This document shows positions 30,467-40,112 of a DNA stretch of 64,000 nt, in pieces. Source of the stretch: an uncultured Candidatus Peribacteria bacterium (lineage in GTDB: Bacteria; Patescibacteriota; Gracilibacteria; CAIRYL01; GCA-016699755); contig CAZLFD010000003.1 in assembly GCA_964558715.1 (NCBI GenBank), positions 2,312 through 66,311 of the forward strand, given 5' to 3'. Every line of letters begins with the position of its first letter. The first letter of the stretch is position 1. A program made the translations under genes and the position numbers. Under the pieces are notes generated by a model, which made no database searches, was not told the DNA's origin, and saw nothing but the letters and a program-made list of their open reading frames with translations.

Positions 30467-30934
30467 TTATGCCTTGCGCGTCGATTTTTTCGCCTGAAAC
30501 TTCTCAATACATTGTGGGTGCTTTTTGATAAACATCGTCAGCTTATGAATGCGAGAGACTGTGGTGGGATGGACCAAGTGTTCGATTTTGCAGGAGTCGA
30601 CTTGCGAGCGCTTCGCCGGCAAGCCAAGAACTTCGGTAAAAAACTCTTCCAGTACTTTTGCGTTTGTGCGCAGGGTAGAAACGGTTTCCTCTCCTTCTGC
30701 AGAAAGGCGGAAAAACTTGTTCTCATCTTCGAGCAAAAATCCTTTTTGCTTAAGGCTTCGCAGCGCCTGCGAACAACTGCCTGGAGTGATGTCGAGTTCG
30801 CGGGCAATATCCGTAGTGCGCGCATAACCGTGCTCGTCGATAAGTGCCTGAATCGTCAATAGATAATGCGCCGCACTATGTGTAACGGGATTTTGATCAT
30901 ACTCCTTCCATGTTTTATTCTCGGTATTAGACAT
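30467..30934 (-). CDS. DtxR/MntR-family metal-dependent transcriptional regulator
   Basis: HSAAHYLLTIQALIDEHGYARTTDIARELDITPGSCSQALRSLKQKGFL is a DtxR-type wHTH; 155 aa. Confidence 0.75.
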   Translation of the reverse strand: MSNTENKTWKEYDQNPVTHSAAHYLLTIQALIDEHGYARTTDIARELDITPGSCSQALRSLKQKGFLLEDENKFFRLSAEGEETVSTLRTNAKVLEEFFTEVLGLPAKRSQVDSCKIEHLVHPTTVSRIHKLTMFIKKHPQCIEKFQAKKSTRKA

Positions 30935-30970
30935 GCTTCTGGAGGGAAAAATACGCCGTTAGTATCGGCA

Positions 30971-30982
30971 TTTTGCGCAAAA
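30971..30982. promoter_or_regulatory. Perfect 12-bp palindrome TTTTGCGCAAAA in the divergent promoter region next to the DtxR-like gene
   Basis: Read directly at 30971-30982, 37 bp upstream of the regulator start codon (30934). An operator role is inference only. Confidence 0.3.
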
Positions 30983-31053
30983 AAGGCAATACGGGATGCT
31001 GATTGATTCTTTATAAAATAATATGTATAATATATTAAAATTTACAGAAGCCT

Positions 31054-31815
31054 ATGCATACAAAACAACTGATCACCTACACAAGTGGGTGTATGGCGGC
31101 CATCGCACTTTTTGTGACCGGCTATCAATTTGTGCACGCTCAGGCACTTGCCCATTGCCATCAAATCAATAGCACGGCGGAGTTTCCACAAACTGATGAC
31201 TTTGGCGTACCGTATAATATTTTTAGTGCCGCCACAGAGAACCTGATAGTCATCATCTGTAATGATCCGGCATCGACAGTGCACATCGGCTACGAACAAA
31301 ACAACCACTATATTTTTGAAGAAGGCTACCTCTGGCGCAATAATGCTTGGGTCAAACAAGGCCTGAGCGGACGGGTGAAAGACCGTAATTGGCTCGTCGG
31401 AAAAGCAACCGGAACTATGGCAACCACCTCAGCCGAACTCGGTCAAACCAATTATTTTGTATCGTATATTTGTCATCGTATCGGTGATAACTGGCAGTGC
31501 GGCTGTCAAACAAACACGAACTGCATCGATAATCGCTGGAGCATCCAACAGTTTTCTGGAGCGCCAGTGGGCACACCCGCGCCAAATATCACTTTGATGG
31601 TCGATACGCTCAATGTTCCATCTGGTGGCTCGGTGCAAATCACCTGGAGCGCCACTGATGCGCAGACCTGCCTTGCCTACGGTGACTGGGAAGGAGATCT
31701 ACCCGCACAAGGGAGTAGGGTAATCAATGGCATTACAGCCAATAAAAAATACCAATTGCAATGTGACGGCCCTGGCGGTTCTGCCATTGCTCTACAGCAA
31801 GTATATGTGCAATAG
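31054..31815 (+). CDS. Secreted hypothetical protein with a C-terminal Ig-like/beta-sandwich-looking domain
   Basis: Signal peptide (CMAAIALFVTGYQFVHAQA). C-terminal segment ITLMVDTLNVPSGGSVQITWSATDAQTCLAYGDWEGDL...YQLQCDGPGG. No family recognised. Confidence 0.55.
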   Translation: MHTKQLITYTSGCMAAIALFVTGYQFVHAQALAHCHQINSTAEFPQTDDFGVPYNIFSAATENLIVIICNDPASTVHIGYEQNNHYIFEEGYLWRNNAWVKQGLSGRVKDRNWLVGKATGTMATTSAELGQTNYFVSYICHRIGDNWQCGCQTNTNCIDNRWSIQQFSGAPVGTPAPNITLMVDTLNVPSGGSVQITWSATDAQTCLAYGDWEGDLPAQGSRVINGITANKKYQLQCDGPGGSAIALQQVYVQ

Positions 31816-31818
31816 CTA

Positions 31819-32472
31819 CTAGGCTCCGCGTAAGGTAGTTGCCGCTTGCTCGAGGTTATCTGCATTCCAAAAAAACGAGCCCGAAACGATCCAGTTAGCG
31901 CCGGCCTCAAGAGCAAAGTCGACCGTTTTGTCACTTATGCCACCGTCGATTTGAATGTCTTTTTCAGAGAATTCTGCACGGATGCGACGGACTTTTTCGA
32001 GTGATTCGGGAATGAACGCCTGCCCAGAAAAGCCAGGATTCACGCTCATCACCAAGACAAAATCGGCAAAACCGATAGCTTCGATGGCGACTTCAAGGCT
32101 CGTCCCGGGGTTCACGACAACACCGGCCTGCATGCCAAGATCGCGAATGCGCTGCAGCGTACGATGGATGTGCGGGCAGGTTTCGATGTGTACGGATAAT
32201 GCGACTGCGCCAGCTTCAGCAAAATCATCAAGCAAAACATCCGGTTTTTCTACCATCAAATGTGCATCGAACGGTTTATTGGAAGCAAGGCATTTGAGTA
32301 CCGGTGCCCCAAAAGTCAGGTTCGGTACGAACTGACCATCCATCACATCGAAATGAAAGCCATCAACAAATGGCTCCGCACGTTTGATCTCGTCGCCCAA
32401 GCGCGACATATCGGCAGAAAGCAAAGAGGGCTGGATTTTGATTTCGGGCATGAGCAGTAAAACATCACTCAA
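31819..32472 (-). CDS. rpe: Ribulose-phosphate 3-epimerase
   Basis: PSLLSADMSRLGDEI, FHFDVMDGQFVPNLTFG, MSVNPGFSGQAFI. Confidence 0.92.
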   Translation of the reverse strand: MSDVLLLMPEIKIQPSLLSADMSRLGDEIKRAEPFVDGFHFDVMDGQFVPNLTFGAPVLKCLASNKPFDAHLMVEKPDVLLDDFAEAGAVALSVHIETCPHIHRTLQRIRDLGMQAGVVVNPGTSLEVAIEAIGFADFVLVMSVNPGFSGQAFIPESLEKVRRIRAEFSEKDIQIDGGISDKTVDFALEAGANWIVSGSFFWNADNLEQAATTLRGA

Positions 32473-32473
32473 A

Positions 32474-32737
32474 TTATAGCATGCTCAATGAGTCTGGAGC
32501 CATGCCGAAGATCTGGTAGAAATTATAAATGGCAATGCCACCCCAAATGATTTCTAGAAATGTGCCCGGAAAAGATTTTTTTCGCGTGTACTCAATGCCA
32601 AGAAAGATCGCACCCAAAAGATTCATAATCGGAAACCAGATGTCTTGCGGCGTGATAACGCCATACACATTTAGAAAATATGCGCCGATAATGAGGAGTG
32701 ACCCGCTCCAGCCGATTGCGATAAGAAGGTACTTCAT
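32474..32737 (-). CDS. Small (87 aa) three-helix integral membrane protein, function unknown
   Basis: Three hydrophobic segments. Tightly packed between rpiB (4-nt overlap) and rpe. Confidence 0.55.
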   Translation of the reverse strand: MKYLLIAIGWSGSLLIIGAYFLNVYGVITPQDIWFPIMNLLGAIFLGIEYTRKKSFPGTFLEIIWGGIAIYNFYQIFGMAPDSLSML

Positions 32738-33162
32738 GCTTCAATCTGCCCAACACGGCGCTCGTGGCGACCGCCTTCAAATTCGGTTACAAGAAAAGTG
32801 GAGACGATATCTTTTGCGACTTCAATACCAGTCGTGCGTTCGCCTAATGCAAGAACGTTGGCATTGTTGTGTTGGCGCGCCAATCGCGCATGGGTCGTGG
32901 TGCAGCAAAGCGCCGCGCGCACGCCGGCTACCTTATTTGCCGCCATAGAAATGCCGATGCCTGTGCCGCATACGGCAATGCCAAACGAACCTGTATCGGC
33001 AACGGTATTTTCGGCCACGGCTTTGCCGAATTGCGGATAATCGACTGAGTCTGCCGAATGCGTGCCCACGTCTTCTACAGTATGGCCGAGTTCTTGGAGC
33101 ATGGGTTTCAGCTCTTCTTTGAGTATGTATCCGCCGTGATCGGAGCCGATATAAATTTTCAT
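32734..33162 (-). CDS. rpiB: Ribose-5-phosphate isomerase B
   Basis: MKIYIGSDHGGY..., AVCGTGIGISMAANK, RHERRV; 142 aa. Confidence 0.92.
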   Translation of the reverse strand: MKIYIGSDHGGYILKEELKPMLQELGHTVEDVGTHSADSVDYPQFGKAVAENTVADTGSFGIAVCGTGIGISMAANKVAGVRAALCCTTTHARLARQHNNANVLALGERTTGIEVAKDIVSTFLVTEFEGGRHERRVGQIEA

Positions 33163-33262
33163 TTTTAGTGGAGAAATCTGCCCTTATATTTTCTCCTAAG
33201 ACGGCGATTTTGTCACTGCAAAACTACAAAAAGTTTAAAAATTATCGATGTGTTACAAAGGA

Positions 33263-34930
33263 CTACAAAATACGCTCGGCTGTTTCTCGCAACAGTACAA
33301 GCCGAATGTCGTCATACGAGACCTGCTCTTTTAGCTCACGGTAGATCGCACTAGAACGGATGCCGCCTTTTTCCGTTTGCTCCTCTGGCAGATTGCGCCG
33401 CCGCACCGCATCTTTAGCAGATAGTACACGTTTGCACAGCTCTTCATCTGGCAGCAAGTGTGCGATCGGAAAGTCGACTGCACCATGTTCGAGAAGTTGC
33501 TCGAGATGCGAGGCGATAGTGCCGACTTTCAGCTCGCGCTCGGCAGCGGCATCTGAAAGTGATAGTCCTTTTGCTAGAAGTTGCCGGGTGATTTCGGTGG
33601 TCGCGACTTTTTCTTTTTTCTGCTGTTGCACTTCGGTGAGCGGGGGATATTTCTCAGTTAGTGGACGATTCGCCAGCTCGGCTTCTGCCTGCCGAGACTG
33701 CCGTTGCAAATCGGCATCTGCTTGCAGAACGGTTTTATCCACGAGAAGCGCTGTTTCGTTTAGCCCGAGTAATCGCAGACCGGCTAGATCTTTCACGCGT
33801 GAGAGTGCCACATAACCGTGCCCGGGATCAAATGCCTTGCTCAAGTCGACTTCTGCCGCATCCAGGGTCATCCCCTGGCTTTTGTGCACGGTAATCGCCC
33901 ACGCCAGCCGCAATGGAATCTGTTCGATACTGGCTAGCTTTTTGCCGCGTTCGTCCACCATGCTCCATTCTTCTGGAAACACCAAAATCTCACTGCCAGT
34001 CGTGGTTTTAATAATGGGGAGTCCCGTATCATCATCAAAGCCGAGTACTTCACCCAAAGTGCCATTTACATATCCCTGCTCAAAATTATTTTTGATAAAC
34101 ATTACAAAGGCTCCTTTTTTCAGTTCTAGTTCTTCAGTAACCAAACTGTTTTGCAGCATTTTTTCCGCAATCACTGGGTTCCCTCTGAGTGTGGCCGAAA
34201 AAGCATGTTCTGTATCTAGAAGGTTATTGAGTTCTTCGCTATTGATACGATCGACATCAACGTTGTGGGTAAACAGGCGCGTGGGGCGCACAGTTGCGGG
34301 GAGTGGATGCTGAAAACGGCTTTGGAGCACAGAGTAGGATTCTTCTGACACTTCACCCTTACGCAAATCATCAAGCAGACGAACAAGTGCGCTATCACTA
34401 TGGCGATGCCGCTCAGAGAGGTAACACACCGTAGGACTGAGGCGCTGCCAAGTTACGGTTTGCCAGACAAAACGGCCGTCGGCAGGAAAGTCGCCGATCG
34501 GCGGCAACTGGAAAAAATCTCCGGTCAAGACAACTTGGATGCCGCCAAACGGTTCGGTGCTAAAGCGGATGTTGCGGAGCAACGCATCGACACTTTCAAA
34601 TAGCCCTGGCGTCAACATCGAAACTTCATCGATGATCAGTACTCTTGTCTTCTCGAAGCGTGTACGCAAATATGATTTCGAGAGGATTTTTTCGATAACG
34701 TGTTCATCTATCGCGTCACGTACACCCATGCCCGACCACGAGTGTAGGGTAGTTCCGCCGATGTGGGTGGCGGCAATGCCGGTGGGCGCGGTAATGGCGA
34801 CCGGCACATCGCGCTCGCGCAGATAACCGATAAAGCGGTTGAGCAGATGGGTTTTGCCCGAACCCGGCGCGCCGGTCAAAAAAACATTTGCGCCAGAAGC
34901 GAGGATTTTAGCAGCAGTTACCTGTTTCAT
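33263..34930 (-). CDS. PIF1/RecD-like ATP-dependent DNA helicase with a C-terminal HTH domain
   Basis: Walker A FLTGAPGSGKTHLL, APTGIAATHIGGTTLHSW, LIIDEVSM, ITVHKSQGMTLD, and a C-terminal helical HTH-like tail. Confidence 0.85.
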   Translation of the reverse strand: MKQVTAAKILASGANVFLTGAPGSGKTHLLNRFIGYLRERDVPVAITAPTGIAATHIGGTTLHSWSGMGVRDAIDEHVIEKILSKSYLRTRFEKTRVLIIDEVSMLTPGLFESVDALLRNIRFSTEPFGGIQVVLTGDFFQLPPIGDFPADGRFVWQTVTWQRLSPTVCYLSERHRHSDSALVRLLDDLRKGEVSEESYSVLQSRFQHPLPATVRPTRLFTHNVDVDRINSEELNNLLDTEHAFSATLRGNPVIAEKMLQNSLVTEELELKKGAFVMFIKNNFEQGYVNGTLGEVLGFDDDTGLPIIKTTTGSEILVFPEEWSMVDERGKKLASIEQIPLRLAWAITVHKSQGMTLDAAEVDLSKAFDPGHGYVALSRVKDLAGLRLLGLNETALLVDKTVLQADADLQRQSRQAEAELANRPLTEKYPPLTEVQQQKKEKVATTEITRQLLAKGLSLSDAAAERELKVGTIASHLEQLLEHGAVDFPIAHLLPDEELCKRVLSAKDAVRRRNLPEEQTEKGGIRSSAIYRELKEQVSYDDIRLVLLRETAERIL

Positions 34931-35087
34931 ATGTACACAAAAACACTTGTATTTAATGTATACTAACTTTTAATAACAGATGCAAATTTTGCGCAACTGT
35001 ACTTTTTTTATTAAACCTCGACTAATTGGTTGACATATGTAATATTAGGGTATAAAGAGGATTAAACTTTTCTTTAGAGTACCACAT

Positions 35088-35411
35088 ATGAAAACTTCAA
35101 CTGAGCAGCTTGGTGTATCAATTGATGCTAGTTCTAGATGCAACCAGATAGTTAATGATTCCGAAATTTCAGTCTCTTTGCGTTCACGCTATGTGTGGAC
35201 ACCTGAAGATAGCGACTTCAAAACTACAACTGTAGATTTCTTGATAGACGAAATGCGTATCACGGTTGAACAAGTAGAGATAATTGGTAGAAGGATTTAT
35301 GTGCGACCAGTAGGTCAACATAATATAGAAGTCGTTATCGCGAAGCTCCGCGAGAGGCTACCCAATTGTAAAATCGAACATCGAGAAAACAAAGTATCAC
35401 AGACTGAATAA
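35088..35411 (+). CDS. Hypothetical protein (107 aa) in a visibly A+T-rich segment
   Basis: ORF only, with no recognisable motif. It is preceded by TTGACA (35030-35035) and TATAAA (35051-35056). Confidence 0.4.
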   Translation: MKTSTEQLGVSIDASSRCNQIVNDSEISVSLRSRYVWTPEDSDFKTTTVDFLIDEMRITVEQVEIIGRRIYVRPVGQHNIEVVIAKLRERLPNCKIEHRENKVSQTE

Positions 35412-35527
35412 GCAGATGGCCAATGAACACAACTGTTCATCGACAATATTGATTGATTTTCGAAGCGGTAGGCATTGATAGCAGTTTAGAAAATGGTGCA
35501 CAATAGTCAGGAATATTCCCGTAACAG

Positions 35528-36622
35528 ATGAGTCTGCAAATCGCCCTAGTCGGTCTGCCCAATGTCGGTAAATCGACCCTCTTTAACGCCCTTACCAAAT
35601 CTACCGCGGCAGCGGCAGAAAACTTTCCGTTTTGTACCATCGACCCTAACGTGGGCATTGTGCAGCTAGAAGATGAGCGATTAGAGAAGATTGCAGAAGT
35701 CGCAAAAGCGGCGAAAGTCGTGCCAGAGACGATTGAGTTTGTCGATGTAGCGGGATTAGTAAAAGGCGCGTCGCAAGGCGAGGGGTTGGGAAATCAGTTT
35801 CTCAGCCATATTCGGGAATGCGATGCTGTAGCGCTAGTGCTGCGGTTTTTTGAAGACGGCAATATCATCCACGTCGATGGCAAAATCGACCCCAAAAGCG
35901 ATATGGAAGTGATAGAGACCGAATTGATTCTGGCGGATTTGCAAACGGCAGAAAAAGCGCATCATAAGGCGGAGCGCAACGCAAAGTCGAACGAGAAAGA
36001 AGCGGTGCTGCGCGCATCGGCACTGGGAAAGGTGAAAACGGTATTGGCAGAAGGCAAACGCGCCTCTGCTGCAGAAATTGAAGAAGATGAACAATTTGTG
36101 CTGAAAGAGATCCAATTTTTAACGCGCAAACCGTTTTTGTGTGTGGCAAATGTCGCAGAAGCAGAAGTAGCTGCGTTTGATATCGCAAGTGCAAAAGCTG
36201 CACTCGGGCTGGGGGATCACGATGAACTGGTTGTAGTTTCGGCAAAAATCGAAGCAGAACTGGCTGGGCTCGAGCCAGAAGAAGCGGCGGCGTTTTTGGC
36301 GGATTTAGGATTAGAATCATCCGGCTTACAGAAGCTCGCCCACGTTGCACACAAGCGTCTTGGATTATCCCGCTACTTTACCGCCGGCGAACAAGAGGCA
36401 CGCGCCTGGACGATAAGAGCTGGCATGACGGCGCCACAAGCTGCCGGAGTAATTCATACCGATTTCGAGAAAGGCTTTATTCGCGCAGACGTGGTACCAG
36501 CGGAAGATTTTATTGCGCAAGGCGGCTGGAGCAAATGTCGCGAAAAAGGCCTCGCCCGCAGTGAAGGCAAAGAGTATGTGATGCACGACGGCGATGTCTG
36601 TCTCTTTAAATTTAATGTGTAA
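35528..36622 (+). CDS. ychF: Ribosome-binding ATPase YchF
   Basis: [29 protein letters not shown], and a C-terminal TGS-like GFIRADV. Confidence 0.95.
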   Translation: MSLQIALVGLPNVGKSTLFNALTKSTAAAAENFPFCTIDPNVGIVQLEDERLEKIAEVAKAAKVVPETIEFVDVAGLVKGASQGEGLGNQFLSHIRECDAVALVLRFFEDGNIIHVDGKIDPKSDMEVIETELILADLQTAEKAHHKAERNAKSNEKEAVLRASALGKVKTVLAEGKRASAAEIEEDEQFVLKEIQFLTRKPFLCVANVAEAEVAAFDIASAKAALGLGDHDELVVVSAKIEAELAGLEPEEAAAFLADLGLESSGLQKLAHVAHKRLGLSRYFTAGEQEARAWTIRAGMTAPQAAGVIHTDFEKGFIRADVVPAEDFIAQGGWSKCREKGLARSEGKEYVMHDGDVCLFKFNV

Positions 36623-36632
36623 CTTTTTTTCC

Positions 36633-36724
36633 CTGCCTGCCCTAAGCTCGTCATAGGGATAAGGGAGATTGTGAGGGAGTTTGCAATCACTCTCCCCCTA
36701 AGATAGGGGGATATGGAGGAGATT
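36633..36724 (+). repeat. Two adjacent copies (C-prime, C) of the dispersed palindromic element
   Basis: CCTGCCCTAagctcgtcaTAGGGAtaaGGGAGattGTGAGGGAG, then CTCTCCCCCTAagaTAGGGGGAtaTGGAGGAGATTG (a perfect 8-bp stem). Located downstream of ychF. Confidence 0.7.
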
Positions 36725-36745
36725 GAAATGTTTTAATGAAACGCT

Positions 36746-37123
36746 ATGAAACTCAAGCTACTCGAGCAAGCCTACGTTCTGCTCCGCTATCCCTCGGATA
36801 CGGACATCTCAAAGCTGCGCAATAACGATAACGAATTCTTCTCGTTGACGAAAACTCCGCAAGAGTTATCCCTCTTTTGTGAAGAAACGAAGATTCCGGA
36901 GCTGCAGCCGCAAAAAGTAGAAGCTGGTTGGCGCGGCCTTTATATTGACGAGGTGTTGGAATTTAGCGATATCGGTGTGATAAAAAAGATGTCAGAACCG
37001 CTTGCAGCCACGGAAATATCGATTTTGGCACTTTCGACCTTCGATACTGATTATGTTTTTGTACAATCCCGACACTTGAACCAAGCGATAACGGAACTCC
37101 ACAAGGCCGGTTTCACCTGGTAA
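36746..37123 (+). CDS. ACT-domain protein (ACT_7/CASTOR-like)
   Basis: FFSLTKTPQELSLFCEE...GWRGLYIDEVLEFSDIGVIKKMSEPLAATEISILALSTFDTDYVFV is typical of small ACT_7 proteins. Confidence 0.6.
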   Translation: MKLKLLEQAYVLLRYPSDTDISKLRNNDNEFFSLTKTPQELSLFCEETKIPELQPQKVEAGWRGLYIDEVLEFSDIGVIKKMSEPLAATEISILALSTFDTDYVFVQSRHLNQAITELHKAGFTW

Positions 37124-37443
37124 TGGCTTTTATCATCAATAACGATGGCTTTGTCTGTGAATCTTGTGGGGAAAAAAACCCTCCTGCCAAGGCGACCTGC
37201 CGCGACCACTGCCGTAAATGCTTGATGGGAAAACACGTCGATGACGTTTCACCAGGCGACCGCGCCAGCACTTGCCAAGGAAAAATGGAGCCGATCGCCG
37301 TGTTGCCCGGCACCAAAAAAACGGATTATGTGCTGCTCTACAAATGCGAAAAATGTGGACTTGAGCGTAAAAACCGTGCCGCACCAGATGATGATCTAGA
37401 GACGATTTTGAAGGTGGCGGCAGAGCGGATTTTTAGGGTGTGA
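37123..37443 (+). CDS. RNHCP-domain zinc-ribbon protein
   Basis: FVCESCG....CRDHCRKCLMGKHVD....YKCEKCG shows the Cys pattern of the RNHCP family. The start overlaps the upstream stop (TAATG). Confidence 0.6.
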   Translation: MAFIINNDGFVCESCGEKNPPAKATCRDHCRKCLMGKHVDDVSPGDRASTCQGKMEPIAVLPGTKKTDYVLLYKCEKCGLERKNRAAPDDDLETILKVAAERIFRV

Positions 37444-37444
37444 C

Positions 37445-38989
37445 CTATGCTTCGATTGTCTCATGTTCGTCACCGGAACGCAGTTCTGGAAAGTGTCGGT
37501 AAAGAACAAGCATTGGCAGCTCGCCCTTTCTTCTGGCGCTGGCTAAATCACGCCAATCAGCCGGATTCATGCAGTCTTCTAGTCTTAGTTTCGCCAAATA
37601 TGTTGCGAGCTTTTTATCACCGGCAAAGCCTGTTTTCGGCTGCATATGCAGCAACTCCGTTTTCCAAATATGGTTTGCGATGTCACGCGCATGCGGGTCT
37701 TTTTGAAAATGTTTGTGCATTATCGAAAAAATAGCTTTCATACGCTCGTCTCCATCATCAACAAGCAGGGCATCTTCGGTATGCGGACCATAGCGGAAAG
37801 CCATCAAGTCAAAGACCGCAGTTCGAAAAGACGGTTTGCCATCTGCGACTTGAACGATTTTACTCACAACCTCAGGGTCACTTACGAGCGACATAATGAG
37901 CACCTGTTCCTTTTTAGAGTAATGCATTTCAAATTCAGAACCAACCGATTTACCTGAGCGGTTACGAGCAGCATGCGGCGGAGTAATAGGCGGATGATAT
38001 GCCATAAGCATGGCTGTTTGTATTTTTTGGTGTGTTGGGCGCTGTCGTTCTATTCGCAATGAATCTTTAGCCAAAACATTTGTAAGTCCGGGTGCGAAAT
38101 CTTGCGACACAGAAGACTCGTACGTTTCAACTCCGGTCTTTTTGTTAGCGTCCGTAGATGTATTTCTTGCAAGCTTTATGCTTCCTTCCTTGGGCGCACC
38201 TCCTTCACCGCCATTCGAAAGCAGATCAGCTCCGCCCCCACCTGAGCCATCAACAAATCCGCTCTCCTTCGGATTTCGTGAGACATAGTACGCCTTTGTT
38301 GTATCGCCCCCGTCACCCTGTGCACCTTTTCCGCACACAACTGGTATTCCATCGACATCAACTAAAACCGTGCCGCCACCTGTTAAAGTGGTGTGAATAT
38401 TCTCGAGGTGATCTGCTGTTTGAATGCCCTCATTTTCGAGCAGAAATGTGATTTTTTTGACCTGTTCTTCAATCGGCACTGTCTGCAAACGGTTCGCCAG
38501 CGATGGCGTTTTTAGGCCTTCTTGATTGGGCTGCGCGATTTCAGGGCGAATGGTATCTTCGCCATAGAGAGCATTGTTCACCGATTCTTGCGACTCAGAA
38601 AAAATATAAAGCGCGTCGGCTTCAGCACCTTCAAGTTCTGGCAGTTTTGAAAGAAAGGGATTACGCGAATAATACCAATATTCTTGTTCTTCTTGATATT
38701 GCGCATTGAACATTTCGGAAACTGCCCTGCGCATCGTCGCATCGGCCGTTTTTTCTAATTCATCATCAGGGATTCTCTTAAAATCAAAGAGCGCATCTGC
38801 AATTCTTTCATTATCAGAGGCCGCGAGCTGAGGCTGCAATTCACCTCCCTCATCCGGACCGACTCTACCAGCTGGATATAAATAAATCAGTCGCTGCTCA
38901 GCCACAAACGTGCTTTCATGCCTCTTTTTTTCGAGATCATGCTCCTTCATTTTTTTTGGATTATTCAATACTCTCGATTTCTGCCTCAA
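37445..38989 (-). CDS. Hypothetical protein (514 aa), no recognised domain
   Basis: A long ORF of ordinary complexity with a Gly-rich central stretch (GGGTVLVDVDGIPVVCGKGAQGDGGD...GSGGGGADLLSNGGEGG). No signal peptide or TM. The start may be the internal ATG at 38950. Confidence 0.6.
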   Translation of the reverse strand: MRQKSRVLNNPKKMKEHDLEKKRHESTFVAEQRLIYLYPAGRVGPDEGGELQPQLAASDNERIADALFDFKRIPDDELEKTADATMRRAVSEMFNAQYQEEQEYWYYSRNPFLSKLPELEGAEADALYIFSESQESVNNALYGEDTIRPEIAQPNQEGLKTPSLANRLQTVPIEEQVKKITFLLENEGIQTADHLENIHTTLTGGGTVLVDVDGIPVVCGKGAQGDGGDTTKAYYVSRNPKESGFVDGSGGGGADLLSNGGEGGAPKEGSIKLARNTSTDANKKTGVETYESSVSQDFAPGLTNVLAKDSLRIERQRPTHQKIQTAMLMAYHPPITPPHAARNRSGKSVGSEFEMHYSKKEQVLIMSLVSDPEVVSKIVQVADGKPSFRTAVFDLMAFRYGPHTEDALLVDDGDERMKAIFSIMHKHFQKDPHARDIANHIWKTELLHMQPKTGFAGDKKLATYLAKLRLEDCMNPADWRDLASARRKGELPMLVLYRHFPELRSGDEHETIEA

Positions 38990-39146
38990 TATCTTTCAGG
39001 TTTTTGCTGCGCTCATGCGACTCAGCAGCCACATGCTTGTTTTGTAGCCGTATCCGCGAAGTCTCTGCCCGTGTGTGCGAGTGAGTAATGGTCTCTGCCA
39101 ACGACTGAATTACACCGACGAGTCGTTCGCGTTCCTGTGCATCCAT
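38961..39146 (-). CDS. Small (61 aa) charged, coiled-coil-like hypothetical protein
   Basis: ORF immediately upstream of and overlapping the 514-aa ORF. The composition is helical and charged. Coding status is uncertain. Confidence 0.35.
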   Translation of the reverse strand: MDAQERERLVGVIQSLAETITHSHTRAETSRIRLQNKHVAAESHERSKNLKDIEAEIESIE

Positions 39147-39188
39147 TTTTATGTTGATATATCTATTAATAATAGCAGAAACCTTATC

Positions 39189-39659
39189 TTAGCGCAATTT
39201 CTCTTCCATCATTTTTAACAAGAATTGCAAGGCATATTCTGTCGCAAAAGATTGGCTACTTGCTCGATCGCCTTCAAACCCCTTATCGATGTGCTCTGTG
39301 TGGTTTGCATCGGCAACGGCAAAGAATATTCTTCCGCGCAAAGAATCGACCGGCTCTGCCTCGCCAGTAGTAGAAATACAAAAATCCGCCTTACACTGTT
39401 CGCGCCAGCGTGAAGCCATTTCTACTGCGCATTCAATGGAATAGACACCACATTCGTTAAAAAATTTAGGCGTAAGGTCTAAAAACTGCATTTTGGCGCG
39501 GGTGTCATAAAACACTCCGCCGCTGTAAAACACTTCACTCGCGCCAGAAACCGATGTGAGTGCCGCAGCTATGCGCCCGCCAGTGACCGACTCTACCGTA
39601 CAAATGCGCCAGTTGTTTTGCTGTGCCAAGTGGATGATTTGGGAGGCGAGATTTTTCAC
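39189..39659 (-). CDS. CinA C-terminal domain / nicotinamide-nucleotide amidohydrolase PncC-like
   Basis: CTVESVTGGRIAAALTSVSGASEVFYSGGVFYDTRAK is the CinA C-terminal signature. Confidence 0.85.
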   Translation of the reverse strand: MKNLASQIIHLAQQNNWRICTVESVTGGRIAAALTSVSGASEVFYSGGVFYDTRAKMQFLDLTPKFFNECGVYSIECAVEMASRWREQCKADFCISTTGEAEPVDSLRGRIFFAVADANHTEHIDKGFEGDRASSQSFATEYALQFLLKMMEEKLR

Positions 39660-39662
39660 TGT

Positions 39663-39926
39663 TTATTCAAAAAAATAATGCTTAAAAATCGCTTTGTGAA
39701 TCGTCCATGTGCATTTGAGCCCCACCGGAAAGACGACGATATCTCCGACACCAAAACTGACTTCCCTTCCATCATCTATCATAACCGTCGCGCTGCCCTC
39801 GAGAATCAAACAGTTTTCACTTTGGGAATATTCCCAGGGAAACACCGCCGGCTCGTGGCTCCATATCGACCAATTTTTAGCAGTTGCGATTTCTTCTTCA
39901 TTCGGTTTTTTGACGATGATTTCCAT
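39663..39926 (-). CDS. Small cupin (DUF861/cupin_3-like)
   Basis: 87 aa: WEYSQSENCLILEGSATVMIDDGREVSFGVGDIVVFPVGLKCTWTI. Confidence 0.6.
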   Translation of the reverse strand: MEIIVKKPNEEEIATAKNWSIWSHEPAVFPWEYSQSENCLILEGSATVMIDDGREVSFGVGDIVVFPVGLKCTWTIHKAIFKHYFFE

Positions 39927-40112
39927 AAACGCGAAACACTTTGTGGTGTGATTCTAGCGCGAAAGCGATGTGGGCACAAAATATTGTGCCTCTGCGAATG
40001 CCGTGGCAAGCAGAGGGAAGAAGTGCGCTGTTTGCTTCTGCTGTTTGCAAATTGCCGATTGCTTTTCAGAGCTTAAAATGACACAATCAGTTCGATTTAA
40101 TCACGAACGAAA

